This document shows, one piece after another, positions 1 to 13,700 of a DNA stretch of 64,000 nt (positions are counted from its first letter, which is position 1; each line of letters opens with the position of its first letter). The position numbers and the translations under genes were made by a program. The DNA comes from Phoronis australis. Lineage: Eukaryota; Animalia; Phoronida. The notes beneath the pieces were generated by a model that was not told where the DNA came from, did no database searches, and saw nothing but the letters and a program-made list of their open reading frames with translations. The stretch is taken from assembly GCA_002633005.1 (NCBI GenBank), contig NMRA01000024.1, positions 1,709,222-1,773,221 on the forward strand, read 5' to 3'.

Positions 1-267
1 GCAATAACGAGATGTCAGTCCTTCTCAAGTCAAGAGAAATTATTGCTAATCTCAAGTATGGAACAAGGTTGTTGTTTTACCTGATTTGTAAATATTCATG
101 CTACAGCGAATTAAAAAACTAAATCTCATAATATGAGACCAACTTTGCAGGTCAAAAGGAAGTGACCCAGGTCAAAAGGAAGTGAGCCAAGTCAATAGAT
201 GGTCAATGACACAAGGTGCAGGTTCACTGTCCTTTTAACTTCGTGGTTCCAATATTAGATGACATAC

Positions 268-3200
268 CTTCCTCTTGGCGCAGCATTTCCTCTATGAGTG
301 CTTGGTATTCCAGCGCCTCCTTGTGGCCAGGTTCATAGATCAGAACTAAAAAAGCAATTATATTGTCAACATGCATTTAATAATTAAACGTAATTTGGAA
401 AGTACCGTCACTACGTATAATCGACATAAAATTTAAATGAACACACAGGGTTGCATTCAATAACACTATTCACTTCCAAGTAAGTACAAACTACTGTCAG
501 TGATTAAAGGCTCTGCTTGGCAACATCTCGTGGAGATGCACACTCTGGTATCAAATTTGCAACATACTATTCACAGTGAATGAACATCAGAACCTGAAGT
601 CTAAACTGCAAACTTTCTTGAAAATTGACCAACTGCATAGCCTGCTTCAAGTAAACTTACAAACTTTTACTTGAATCATGCATTAAGATTGGTCAAGTTT
701 TGAATCCGAGTCTGAGATTATCCTGGACAGTGGTCTTGTGCAACCAAGTGCATTAAGATCTATGTTCGTACTGTTAAAGTCACACATAGTTTAATTAGGT
801 CAAGCCATAATAGCCTACTTCAAACTGGAATAAATCAAATTAGCGTCGATGAACGTTGCCATTGAAACAATCAAGGACATCCATTCAGTCTACGATGTTA
901 CCGTGTGTAAATAGGAATGCTAACTCACCAAATCAAAGAATTACAAAGTGTGACACCCCAAAACGTGAACCAAACGTAAAGCGATGGTTTTCAAAGGTGG
1001 CACTGCTTAGGGTGTTTAAAGCTAGGATATTTAACAAGCGCATTTCAAGGCATCGGACAGTTTACTATAAAACAAGTATCACTCGTTTCAGGCAAAAATA
1101 ATCACCAAGAGTGATCTATCATGATCTTTTTTCATTTTTCAAACACTTTTACCATTGTAGTGAATGTCCACATTTTCTCAAAACACTGTCCAATGATAGC
1201 TGTGCGACAGAATTTTAAAATAATAAAGCATTTGCATGTGGCTACTTAACTTCCAAGACAAAAATCAAAAAAAAAAATTCCTGTCGTCTGCCATACTGAA
1301 TTGATGTTTTACCGTACTGTCACTGCATGAAATAAATAAACAGTAATTATAATCACATGATTAGCAACGTACAGTCGATGTGTCTACTTTGTCTCTTACT
1401 TACTCATTTTGCATAATTTCTGCGCATTCAGCCAATCGTTGTTCATGATACAAGACAGGAACTGGAATGACAGAATGCTGACGTGTAAACCACTTGTTAA
1501 TAAAACACGTCAAAATAATCTTCCACTTATTTTTTTTTAGACTAAGAACACTCGTCTTCAACAAAAGTCCCAGATTTTGAGAACCAAACTATAGGACTTG
1601 CTGTACAGTGGATGAAACAGATTCTCAAAATCCAGGAATCCTGTGAATACGAGAGTCATATCTCTTCAATAAATCACAAGAAAATATGTTGATTTTTAAC
1701 AATCCAGGTGATAGGCCATGCAACGTTAATGGCTCACCTCACAAATAAAACTTGGGTTTACAGAGCAATTTAAGTTCAACAAAATACGGATATTACATAG
1801 ATTTTTAAACTGTCCATTTTAACATATTAAAGGACACATCCTTTGAATACCCAATGAATGAAAAATCTTAATTCGTGCCTCAAAATGTCGCACAATTCTT
1901 TACAATCACTTGACCACCATTCATTTTTTGTGAAGCTTCAGTTTCAATATGAATTTCTAAAAACTATACTTTGTGCTTGAACTATGCATTCTTTTGGTCA
2001 ATAAAAAGAGAACTGTGTCACAGATTTTTGATGTCCCATCAAATAACAGAAACATCAGTCATTAAAGTTCCTTTCTCAAAGTAACATTGCTACAAGTCTT
2101 CATTTTGACAACCAATATCTCCGTTGTCCAACAAAAAGTCAAAATTCAGTTCCCTCAGCCCAAGACCATGAAGTCAGTGTGTAAATTTGCATACAAATCA
2201 ACCAACATGCTAAAGAGGAATCGATAATCAAAACTGACAAAACCATCAAAAATCAAAAGGCCTGAAAATGGCAGATGAAGATTTGTCACATAATTGAAAT
2301 CTACCAAAAGATAATCCAATCCCAAAATTTGCCTTTTACGAGTGGCAATGAAAAATGTAGGTGTAATTTCATTGAATGTGTGAATAACAAAGTTTGGAAA
2401 AATCCACAAAGGTTCACAATTACCTGGAAATTCAATTCTCTAGTTGCTCATTTTAGAGGTTATCTGTACAAAGACCCCCAGCTGTGTTCAGATTAAAATA
2501 TCATGGATTTTGAAAGCTAAATCATGACAGCGACTGTGACAACAAGAATTTTCTTTGGCTCAAAATGTTCAATGCAAAATGAACTTAAAGATGAAAAATT
2601 AATAAATATTAATATTACAACTAGCTTTATTGAAAAATAGTAGTCTACCTCACAGATAAGGTCATTGGGTGCTTTGATTGTCTCTTCCTCATCTTCTTCC
2701 TCACTTCCAGATTCACCCTCACTACTCTCCTCTTGACTCGAGGTGCTTGCTGTTTTCAGGGCGTCCATATCCCTAAAACGACCAAAGCATAGTCTTGAAA
2801 CAAAATGGACAAGATGCGAAATCTGTCAATAACTAATCAACCTAGTAAATGTTAAAGACCACTCAACACATTTCCAACAAAGATAGATAGCAAGACTCTT
2901 GTGGGTGTTTTTTCATAATTATGCATTTAAAAACTATCCAAGAAGACTTCTTCATTAATTCTACCAATTCCCTTGAAATTCATTAGGTCATCCTAAAAGT
3001 ATTTTGTTTTCCCTAGCCCTGCGTCATTCCTCAGGTGGGTAGGTCGGCAGGCTACTAAATGACACGAAAGCTGCATTTCTACAGGTTAACCCTTTAATTC
3101 ATCCTTGCCTCTAAACAATCCATTACCATATCCTTTGCAAATAAAATGCTGTGAATGGGGCACAAATTTTAGTCGGTCACACAAAAAGAAACAAAAACAA

Positions 3201-6200
3201 TTTCACATAACTTATTACATCATTGTGAATTCAAACTAAATAAAACATTTTTCTGAAAAGTGACAACTTTCTTCTGTCTCCATGGTTTTCACTACAATTC
3301 CAATCAGTAATTTGTTCTAGTCTATGTGTAACCAACACATGAAAAGAAAAACAAAAGGTCCAAAACAGATTATGGTAGAAAGGCGTGGTCAAAACTAATG
3401 TCAGAGATACATGACTTAATGTGAAAGTGAAGCTGTATTATATGTGAGATCAAAAATGCAAAACTAACAAAAATTCTACCACGATAATGGATATTCAAAC
3501 TATCTTCAAAACACTTTTACTGTCTGTAAGTCTCAGATTCAACAGTCTTAGCTGCAACTAGGCAAACGGTCATTGATAAAATGGGTCCCGGCCCTTTACC
3601 TGGTAACGCCCCCTATTGCACCTTCATCCGTATGACCATTCATTCTGAAAGCGAGCCTTTACAGTAAAGCAACTTCACAAATCAGACTCTGATGGGATGC
3701 TATAGTTATGGAACATAGAGGTCACACACGCAAATGTATCAACATATTGCACATGAATTTCGCTTAGAAATTATCATTTTGTTCAATGAACGTAATTTAT
3801 AAGCAAATTAAATTCATCAGGCATACAGAATAGTCACTGAAATATTCAAATCAGTTCTACAATTAATATAAGAGCAGGCCACTGTATTACAAATTAAAAA
3901 TATCAAATAATTTAAGCTGTGTGACATGCACCAAGGAAGCTAACAAGGTGATACAAATGTTGCCAACTTACTTAGCAAATCGTTCATCTTCCAATTGCTT
4001 ATGTTCCTCCCAGTTAAATTCACCAACATCTTCATCCCTGTAACATATGGAGTTAAATTCACCAACATCTTCATCCCTGTAACATATGGTGATTATGAAA
4101 ACCAGAATTCATGCAATGGTTCAAGCAGGACAGCAAGATCTTCAAAGTCACGTAAACTTTGTCTAATTTAGTTTTAAGAATCATCTATCAAAAATTTCTG
4201 CCACAGAATGCTTCTTCAGAACTATCCAACAGGCGTCTCCTGGTAAACAAGTTTCCAGTAAAAAACGTTGCAACAAAATTTTAACACTAACTTTTCCTCC
4301 TTTCTTTTCACTGCCTGTAGTGACACCTGTTTAGTTGGTGTATTACTACGCCTCCCACTCTGTACACGACCAGCACTGCTGCTTCTCACTGGACTACTGG
4401 TGGACCTACTAAAGAAAAAAACAATGTCTCTAACAATGCCAAAACCTGAGAAGTTTTCCTTAAAAGGATACCAAACCCGGTTTTGGCCTCTTAACAGATA
4501 CTAAAAATGGCTTTCCTATCCAGTTCTATGAAACAAAATAATGCTCAGCAACCCTCGACAACCCTCAAAAGTTTTAAGAAAAATTTGAAAACTCCTTTAA
4601 ATTCAAAGTCTGCCAAACGGGCAAGTGTGACCTACGTTTTTAGCGAATTACACGGCAAGTGTGGGAAAAGACCACTCACCAAGGAGCATAATGTCCAATT
4701 TGTGAGAGAGGCTGGTATGAGTTTTTAGTGGATTCCTGCTTGTATCTTTCAAGATGGACGCCAGTGATGCATTAGCATGTGATACGACGAGGTTTGGTTG
4801 AAAATCATCAAAACAAAGTTTAGTATCCTTTTAAAGGAATAAGACCAAGGTTGAACATTCCATATGATTTGAGAAGTCACACACATGACAGACAGAACTC
4901 CTCAGACCAACACGGCAATTCACCAACAACATGTTCTATAAATAGACAACAATGTAGATTGATACTGTCTAACTGACATCATGAGCAGACGACAACTGAG
5001 TGTGTGAGGCAGCTGCAGTAACGGTCATTACAAGAGCTATAATTTCATTTCTTGAAATACCTGTGTTATAAAAAGATTGATACACATTCATCAAAACGAC
5101 TCTTGTAGGGAATTGTTTTCACCTTAGCCTCGTCCAATATTAGGATACTGAGGTGACGATACAAGCAGAGAGTTGACAAGATGCGCTTTTGATCTCACAC
5201 ATTGTATGAAATCAGGCGTTTAAAATAAAGCTCAGAACAGTCGATCTGGGTCTACACCTTTAAAGACAAACGTTTGCTCAATTGCATCTCACAAACACAC
5301 TTAATGACATAATAGAGCATTAGCATTTGTATTATCACTATAGATGCACAAAAATAATGTACTAATAGGCCTTGACACCAAAATTTATTGCAAGTCTCGT
5401 GAGACTTAAAAGTTGGCAGAAAGCCTCGCCAAAGATCTGTTCGTAATTAAGATTTCTGGAAACTAAGACTATCCATGACTCACAAATACCACGAGACAAG
5501 AATGGTTTATGTTTACATCAGAGCCTTCATCCATTTGTCGGCATCAAAACGGATAACTGAAAGTCCCCACTGGAATATCACCAAGGGGGGCCTGGCCATA
5601 GTGTAAAACAGGTAAACCATTGCCATGGCCCTAAAAACGGCATGCTGCGCCTTGTCTTTCCCCTTTAGTGTGACAACGAGGGGGTAATATTTCAGTGAGT
5701 GTATGTCTAAGTATGATAATTAAGAGCAGCGAGGCACTAGTTTGGAGCTATTACTTGATTGTCATAGAAAAGCTCAATGTTATTAACAATAAAACAGAAG
5801 TTCCTTCCCCTACTAAGGTCTACTTAGACACTCGCTTCACCTAGAACTGCTTATATAACTAGGCAGATCAATAATGGTTCACTCTCTTAAACTATAAAAC
5901 TATTATGGTAATTCCTTTGTCTGAAGCTGCAACTCAGAATCATCAGAACATAGCCTTCAGTTCCTGACCTGGTTACTGTAACGCATCAATAAGATTGCAA
6001 ATTTGAAAACATTTTCGAGACAGTGGTACAATTTTATTGGGACAGGAGCAACACGAAACTGTTGACAGAACTCTTACCGAAGCCCTCAACAACTTGGAAT
6101 TAGAAAAAGAAGAGCTTTTACTGTGATTTTTGACTGACCACTCTTCCAAAAGTGCACGTCACAGTTTCCTTACCTCGAATGTCTTCCATCTGAACCAGCA

Positions 6201-9200
6201 CTTCCAGATTTTCTAAGAGTCCCATCTACAACATACCATTAGTACAACTTCTTGATTAATCTATGCAACATCAGGAAATAGTCACTTAAAAGAGTTTCCA
6301 TATTTTGAGAACCAGTTTGATACCCGTTATTCAGAGGACAAAACTCTATCTGGTTCTCAAAATGTAGGACACAACATCGTGCCTTTGAGAAGGGATCCAA
6401 AAAATTCAAACACAAACAATCGAGTGAGCACATATTGTTAAAGGAAATTTTCAACAGCTTTAATTTAGTTTAAGGGTAAAAAATATGTGAATTATGTTTT
6501 TATCTTAAAGATGGCAGTAATATTAAACTGTCAAAAAGAAAGGCATGCCCATTCATGCCTTCTGCTTTAATTTATTTACAGTATCACACCCTTATTTTCA
6601 AACAACGATACCTTAACAAGTTGGAATATAAATATGTAAACCTTTAATTGGTGTGGAACTATAGATCACATTTTTAAGTCCGGTCTGCACGCCACCTATT
6701 GGTCACATCACATGACCTAATGAACATAAGTCTGAAAAGATTTCTGCCCCGACCGGGACTTGAACATGGGACCTTGTGCAAACCGTGCAGACATTGTCCA
6801 CTTGTTGAACACAGAAATCCAATCAGATTTAGCAGCGGGCAGAAATCTTTTCAGACTTAAGTTCATTAGGTCACGTGATGTGACGACCAACAGGTGGCGT
6901 GCAGACCAGACTTAAAAATGTTTGTGAACATGTTGGAATGATAACAATAATGGCAGTACGTACATAGAACAAATTTGCGTACATATGAAACTTTCCAAAT
7001 TAGCTGAATGATTAGGATTACAGCAATCTCAGCTAAATATTTAATGATCAGCAGCTTTAGATAATACAAATCAGAGAAATTTCCAATAGTAGTGCTGTCC
7101 AATTAGTACAGGACTGTATGCATCACCATGGTAACTTAATGAAAACAGATTACATTCATACTCACCGTCTGGAGACAAGATTTCGAAACTACCGCTCCCC
7201 GTCAACTGGAAAATCAATTTTGAGAGAGAACAAGGAAAGGACAATTTATTACAAAACTAATGTCAATAATCGCTCACAAATTTTACACAAACAGGTTGGA
7301 GAATCTGCTGTTCTTGAAAATTTGTTAACTAATAAGAATACTTCAAAACAATAATAGTCACTCCTGCTCGTTTTGGAGTTCATGAACTTGACTTTTTCTG
7401 CTGAGTGTTTTTTCAACAAATTTACAAAAATGTAGCCAGTAAAGTTCAAATTCTTCACCAAACAGTATTCTTAAAAAACACAGCATCCAAACAATATTCT
7501 TAAAAAAAACAGTCAGTCTCCCTTTTCTAGAAAAAGTTTCCCCTAAATTTGAAGCTTGAACTTTGACCATTTATGGTTACACAGATAAGTTGACAGGTCA
7601 ATAAATGCGAGCCATTGTAACTGCTGCTCTGAGCAGACCACTCAGCTCAATATTGAATACTATGTCACTTTCATGCAGTCACCTTCAGATTTGGTACGTT
7701 AACTCAAGTTGACAAACTATCTGGTGGGTAATCACAACAAGGGTGACACTTATATGGCCTCGCCGCCCGAAGACAAAAACATCCTTTAAATCACTACTCT
7801 GGGTTGTGATTGTAACATTTTTGTCATATCATCCTAAATGTGAAGTCCTACAAAAAACAGTTTGGTTTCGTATCATATTGCAGTTACCATTTCCTATTTA
7901 AAGAGGAAAGTAAAATTCCACAAACCTTCTTTACACCTTTCTTAACTGCAGAACTGCCAGTTGGTGGTCTGAAATGTACAAAATAAATTACATTGGGCCA
8001 AAAAGCACATTTGGTCCTGGTCTGTATTTTTTAAAAATGGAGTCAGTGGTGTGATATTTTTTAAGTTGCTCCTTTTATCAAACATGAAAATCTACCCGAG
8101 GCAAGAAAAAATGATAGGAGATGTATTTACTCAAAGCTTACAGTTTCAAAACTTGCTTATGTCCCTTTGTACAAAAAACACAAGACTTTGGCTGAAATTG
8201 ATGCGGAGGGCATATTCTTTTACTTAGTGGGTGCAGGTCTCAACATGAGTTGGGGTAAAGACCAGAGCAAACTATGTTTTCTGCCAAATGCCCTTATGCA
8301 ATCAACTGAATCTTGCAATTTCAGGTTTTATGTAACTGAAACATTCCTCGTTTCATTTTATTAGGAAAACAAGTCTTTGAACATTACACCTGAAAATGGA
8401 ACAATAGTTGCCAATGTTCCAAAATGAAAAAGCAGAACACCTGGATATTGTGGGAACATGGCAAGAGAAAATGCACAATATCCATGCACAGATACCATGG
8501 TAGCGTATTTTCTTTTACATTTAGTCATGCCTGTGAAATGGTATGAACAAATACTGAGTAAAATCATGAAACTACAAAATCACGCATTAACTCAACAACA
8601 TGAGTATAATCAAATACCATCGAGTGTATCCAGAACCACAATATTCCAAAGCTGTGGCCCAACATGTGACATGGCTTCAAAAAGTGGGACGGTACTGCCA
8701 AAAGCTGGACAGTTGGCAACAATTATGAAACAACACCATGATGTCCATGTTTTCCACAGAAATTTTGACACCAGAGTAATTCAACAAGGCCTGTGCTCAC
8801 CTGAGGGGAAAATGCCCGTGCCTTCTGAAAGGTAATTTTTGGTTGAAGTTTGGTTAAAGGGAACCCCTCTCACCACCAAATTCCATCCACCAGTTGACAC
8901 CCCTCACTGGCAAAGCTTCGGGTAGCCAAAACTAACGTTTTGAAGAACTGATTCTAACCTCAAGGAGAATTTTTTAATTCTTGTAAGGGAATTTTTGATT
9001 CTGAAGAGGGTAATTTTGAGCAATTTTTAAATATTTTGTCATAGGAGAATAGAGCTGATATTCCGGCCTAAAATCAAGGCTATTAGGACCCGGTTCAATA
9101 ACAGTTCTTTAATTTTTAAAAATCATAGTATGAGGTATGAGGTCTACATTTTGAACCTGGAAATATATTTTGAATAATTTTTGTAATATACTGCAGTGCA

Positions 9201-9362
9201 AACAAGCCTACGAAACACAAGTGTTGGAACATATGCACTTAATCAGTGATGGAAAAAATTCAATATGCTGTATGAGAAATGAAAACAATTTTTGTGTTGA
9301 TTCACAATACCATACCTAGCTGAGACCACCGTTTTCTGTTTCTCTCCACTGTATTCAGCCAT
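268..9362 (-). CDS. ERICH2: Glutamate-rich protein 2-like (ERICH2 family), 5' part; 9 coding exons, 3' end lies beyond the left edge of the window
   Basis: Phase-consistent GT-AG exons read on the minus strand: 9362-9316 (MAEYSGEKQKTVVSAR), 7968-7926, 7205-7166, 6225-6174, 4408-4292, 4037-3972, 2772-2649 (acidic tract SSQEESSEGESGSEEEDEEE...APNDLICE), 1461-1404 (FLSCIMNNDWLNAQKLCKM), 345-268 (ILIYEPGHKEALEYQALIEEMLRQEE). The motif AP..L..EFL...M..DW..A.KLC.MILIYEP...EA..Y..LIEE after an acidic tract is the conserved core I recognise from ERICH2. The N-terminal exons are supported by splice sites and phase only. Confidence 0.8.
4012..4089. repeat. Perfect 39-bp tandem duplication covering an ERICH2 splice acceptor
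   Basis: AGTTAAATTCACCAACATCTTCATCCCTGTAACATATGG at 4012-4050 and 4051-4089. Confidence 0.95.
4460..4834. mobile_element. Non-autonomous TTAA-flanked DNA transposon (Kolobok-type MITE), ~367 bp, in an ERICH2 intron
   Basis: TTAA(4460-4463)-AAGGATACCAAAC...GTTTAGTATCCTT-TTAA(4831-4834): terminal inverted repeats, TTAA duplication, RR...YY termini; a second diverged copy lies at 11523-11912. Confidence 0.7.
6668..6921. mobile_element. Palindromic MITE-like element (~80-bp imperfect inverted repeats)
   Basis: ACATTTTTAAGTCCGGTCTGCACGCCACC...CTGAAAAGATTTCTGCCC (6668-6749) is the reverse complement of GGGCAGAAATCTTTTCAG...GGTGGCGTGCAGACCAGACTTAAAAATGT (6837-6921). Confidence 0.7.
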
Positions 9363-10770
9363 CTTTTGATTTCAACATTACTCTGGAAATAACGTAGAAA
9401 ATATATCTGAAACTAAATAAGGCGATCCAGATCCTCCCAAGGATACTATTGTTTCGTGAAATGAAGAATATAAATCGGTAAATAAAACAACAAGAATGGA
9501 TCAACTGAAATTTGAAATTTTCGGAGGTAACAACTTCCTTTATCAACAAAAACAGAAATAAAGTAAAATCAAACACGAAATGACAATTGACATATAAGAT
9601 ATGGTGTAATGAAAATGATACATTTTTGCGTAAAAAATTCAATGACATATTTTAAGTTTTTATGTTCAATCCATGAGGTTCTATTGTATTCAGTTTGTCT
9701 ATCCAATATTGTTCTCTTTTAAGTCTGTGAGGGGTACNCAGTTTTCCGCGGTGTGGCGTATGGAGAAACATGGTGTCCGATATTTAGGTTCTCCGAAGGT
9801 TTGGTTGTTGTGTTTTTTGAAGATCAGTCGGAACATAAATGTGGCTTTCAGTGACAAGATATAGTAACAGAACAATTCCGTGAAGGTAAATCTTTATTTC
9901 AGCAAAGAATTTACAACAATCCGTAATATTTTCAATTAAATATAATGCAAAATGTGCCAAAACGTCCGATAATTAGGTCACTTGACTGTAGTAGGATAGC
10001 GGGTCCCTGGTTTAAAAATGATTCAAGTCAACTGGTAAGAACCAGTGTTACTAATCTCTGAATAACAGGTGTTATTGAGTGTCAGTGGTAGTAACTGGTT
10101 CTCAATTCACTTTTAACAATAGACCCACCAACTATTTCCTATACCTCTTTTATACGCCATAAGTTAAGAAGCCTCTTTAGACTTTACTAGAGGTATGCTC
10201 CAGCTCCACCAGGATCAGTGGAGGATTTCTCAGGCAAGTTTTCACTCAACTCAGTTCAGGATCAGAGCCTAGTTCTTTATGCAATACACACAAAAGCAAC
10301 ACATACCTAATATTATGCAAATGTTGTACGCAGCACCACTAAATAAATGCGCCCAAACCGTGGCATCTTCACAGAAACACCACCAAATTATAAGTCGGAT
10401 TAGCGTCACGTATCTTGGCAGCGAAATTCGCTCATAGGTAATTTAGTAGCATTAATCAACAGCCGCACTGCTATTATTTTTTTGCAACGCCGAAAACTTT
10501 ACAGTACATATTTCCAATATAGGCGCTAAACATTTGACAATCAAAATATTTTTTGTTCTCGATTTTCACATTTTTATAGCTTTTCAAAGGTTGTTGTAAC
10601 TAAATTTGTTTGGTCTTAGATTAATACCATTCAAAAATCGTTATTTTTGAAAATAGCACCATCTGGTGGGGATAACTCAAACGATAGCAAAATATGGCGG
10701 CTTAATTTAAGACTTTTTAGAAGACTTATTTTCTTTTGTTCTTTGAAACCAGGGTCCCTCAGGAAGCACT
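9363..10770. promoter_or_regulatory. Shared divergent (head-to-head) promoter/5'UTR region of ERICH2-like and CDC27
   Basis: Start codons face away from each other 1.4 kb apart (9362 minus, 10771 plus); CG dinucleotides look more frequent than in the flanking introns; YY1-like AAAATATGGCGGC at ~10689-10701. Transcription start sites are not determinable from sequence. Confidence 0.55.
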
Positions 10771-13700
10771 ATGATATTAGTACAGGATCCGATACAGGTT
10801 ACTGTTTGTTCCAGGTTTCATAATTTCATTGTAGAGTAGTCACTGATATAATTAAAGTGTTTTGTTTATTAATCAAAGAGGAAGTCTTCCAAAGACGAAA
10901 TTCCGATCCATTGATTCTCAGGGCACTCAGGTCAGATATAGCGGTCCCTGACTTAGAGAACCAGTTTCATTCACTAAATAACGGGCCCGTTATACAGTGA
11001 TTGCCTGGTTTTCTAAATTAGGCACCACTATATCCGACCAGTGCCGATTCTCACATGCTTATTTTAATCCCCGTAATATTCATACTGTAGTGAGACGTTA
11101 TTTGACCTATGGCTATATACTGCTTTTGGTGGCCTGGGCTGGCATGCATTTTGAAGGTTTGACGTGTGTCCATCACCACAGTATCAGAATAACCCGCTCT
11201 TTGACCCACGCTGAGAAATTAACATTGTGTTGTTGTGAGATGAGACATCAGATTATATTCATTTTGTGCTTTTCGAAGCGATTTACCTCTTTCGTCCTGT
11301 TCCATTTTACATTCATGACTAAAAATTGTTGATTCTGGGTATTAACAACGGGCATCGATTGCCAGTGGCTTTGGCTTTGCAGAAGGAGCTAGACCTAGAT
11401 CCCTGAATATAACTATGAATATTCCCCTGCACCACTTAGGCCTTTGTAAAATTTTGTCTTCTGATTTGGAATGAATTGCATTGAGCATTGCTGTAACATT
11501 GGGGTAGGGGAAATTGGAATTCTTAAATGGATACTAAACTATGTCCTTTGTGATTTCAACCAATCATTATTATGTTAGCTGCTAGTGCATCATTGACCTC
11601 CCACTTGAGTCATAACAACTGGATTCAACTAAAAACTCATACTCTCTATGCCATACATTGGACATTATGGTTGTTGGTGGGTGGTCTTTTATGATTGTTG
11701 GTGGGCGGTCTTTCCCTACAGTTGTTCTTTAAATTGCTTAAAGCGTAGGTTACGTGTACATGTTTAGTAGACTTTGCGAGATTTCAAATTTTGATCCAAA
11801 CTTTTGAGGGTTGTCAAGGGTTGGAGAGCTTTGTTTTGTTTTCTGAGAACTGGATGGAAAGTCATTTCTAATATCTATTAATAGACCAAAATCTGGTTTG
11901 GTATCCTTTTAAAGTAACGGCTTGCGACTGGGATTCAAACTGGGCTTCAATGCATTACGGTTTATGCAGATGAGTGTCTAGTCCTAATTTGCACTTTATG
12001 ACTGTGTTACTGAGTTTGCTGTTTTTATTTCTTTTTATCTATTCAAATGGAATACTAGGAGTGTGTCGCGTGCTTGTTGATGTTCAATGTTTGCCCACTT
12101 CTCTCTCGTGTGCCCCATATCCCATTCACAGGCTCGCCTCCTGAGGCAGACAATTGCAATTGGGACCTTCCAGAGTTCCAAGTTTTGCCAAACAGTTCCA
12201 ATTTCCATCTCTTCACTTACTGCTCTCTTGCATGTTGCGTGGCTACTTGATGCGATTTTTACCAGGTCGCCAAGTGAAATCTAAGGTTACATACAATCAA
12301 GCCCTGCTGTATGTATTTACGGGCAAATCACAATCAACGTCCACTTGTGGCCACTTTTGGTGAAAAATGAAGGTTGTCATATGACAGTAAAAGCTGGGTT
12401 ATTTTAAAGTACCATCATTCATTGTAATCTAAAATATTTTTGCACACGAACCACCGAATAAAATTTTATGGCCTAATGCATCACAGTTGTATAAAAGGGT
12501 ACGTACACTACAACTTGTGGTCACAGCCCAATTCTACCATGCAAAATTTCATAAGGTAGCTGTTAATTTAATAAGTTTTTGATTAAAGTGAAGAAGTATC
12601 GCATACTAAAATAAGAAAAGTTGTTACCGTGCTAATCAAGTTGTTCTAGATGATGATACATTGCATATCATAACGCAGTATAATGAGAACTTCTTCTCTT
12701 GCAATATGATTCTTACAAAAAGAAAATGACAAGTAACTACTTTTTTAAAAATTTTATTGGTGCTATTTCCCTTGTTTTCAACACATTCACCAGTTGGTCA
12801 AAGTAATAAAGCAATGCTAGACCCAGTGTTGTAAGCAGTACAAAATGGTACTGGTTGGGGGGTACGTACACTACGCACAGTCGATAAACGTCAAATTTTG
12901 ATTAAGTTACAATTGTATGGGATGGTCTCGAGTTTTGTGCTGCCTCTACTTGTTGTTTTGTTGCAAGTTGAAGTTGTCTTGAGAGATAGAGAGGTTTATA
13001 ATGAATACTTTTAGAATCTACTGAGAGTTGGTTCATTTACCAAATCTATTCAAAGAGAACAAATAAAAAGTACATCATGCATGTGCATATCTGTCTGTAA
13101 TTCTTTGAAAACATGCATATGTTAAAATATAGGGGTAGTACACTACACAAATGCTAATATTTCATTCATAACAAATGTGTTTGTAATTAACACCCTTTTA
13201 ACCTAGCATTGTTAATGGAGGAAACTGTCTGTGACAAATGTTACTTACTTACCATGTAATATTTTTGTTTCATGGCATTTGTAAACATGGGAGTACTTAC
13301 ACTACACAGGAGTACGTACACTACATTTCAACGACATGTCGGGTTTGTTACTAAACACTAAGAATCTACTGAGAGTTAGATGATTTACAAAATCAATTCA
13401 AAGAGAAAAAATAAAAAGCACAGCATTCATGTGCATATCTGCCATACTTAGACAATAGGCACAAATTAAAATATAGGGGTACGTACACTACACAAATGTT
13501 AATATTTCACTCAAAACAAATGTATTTGCAATAAACACCATTTTAACCTAACATTTTTAAGGAAGGAAACTCTATGACCAATGTTGCTCACTTACCAAGT
13601 GATATTTTAATTTCATGGCATTTGTAAACATGGGGGTACGTACACTACAAAAGGGGGTATGTACACTACATCACTTTTTCTGTGTCACATGGTAACATAA

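Noticed and set aside
4680-4830. Exon-like open stretch with a GTGAGT donor in ERICH2-like
   Set aside because: Lies wholly inside the TTAA MITE; the long frame is phase-incompatible with the next exon, and the gene model is complete without it.
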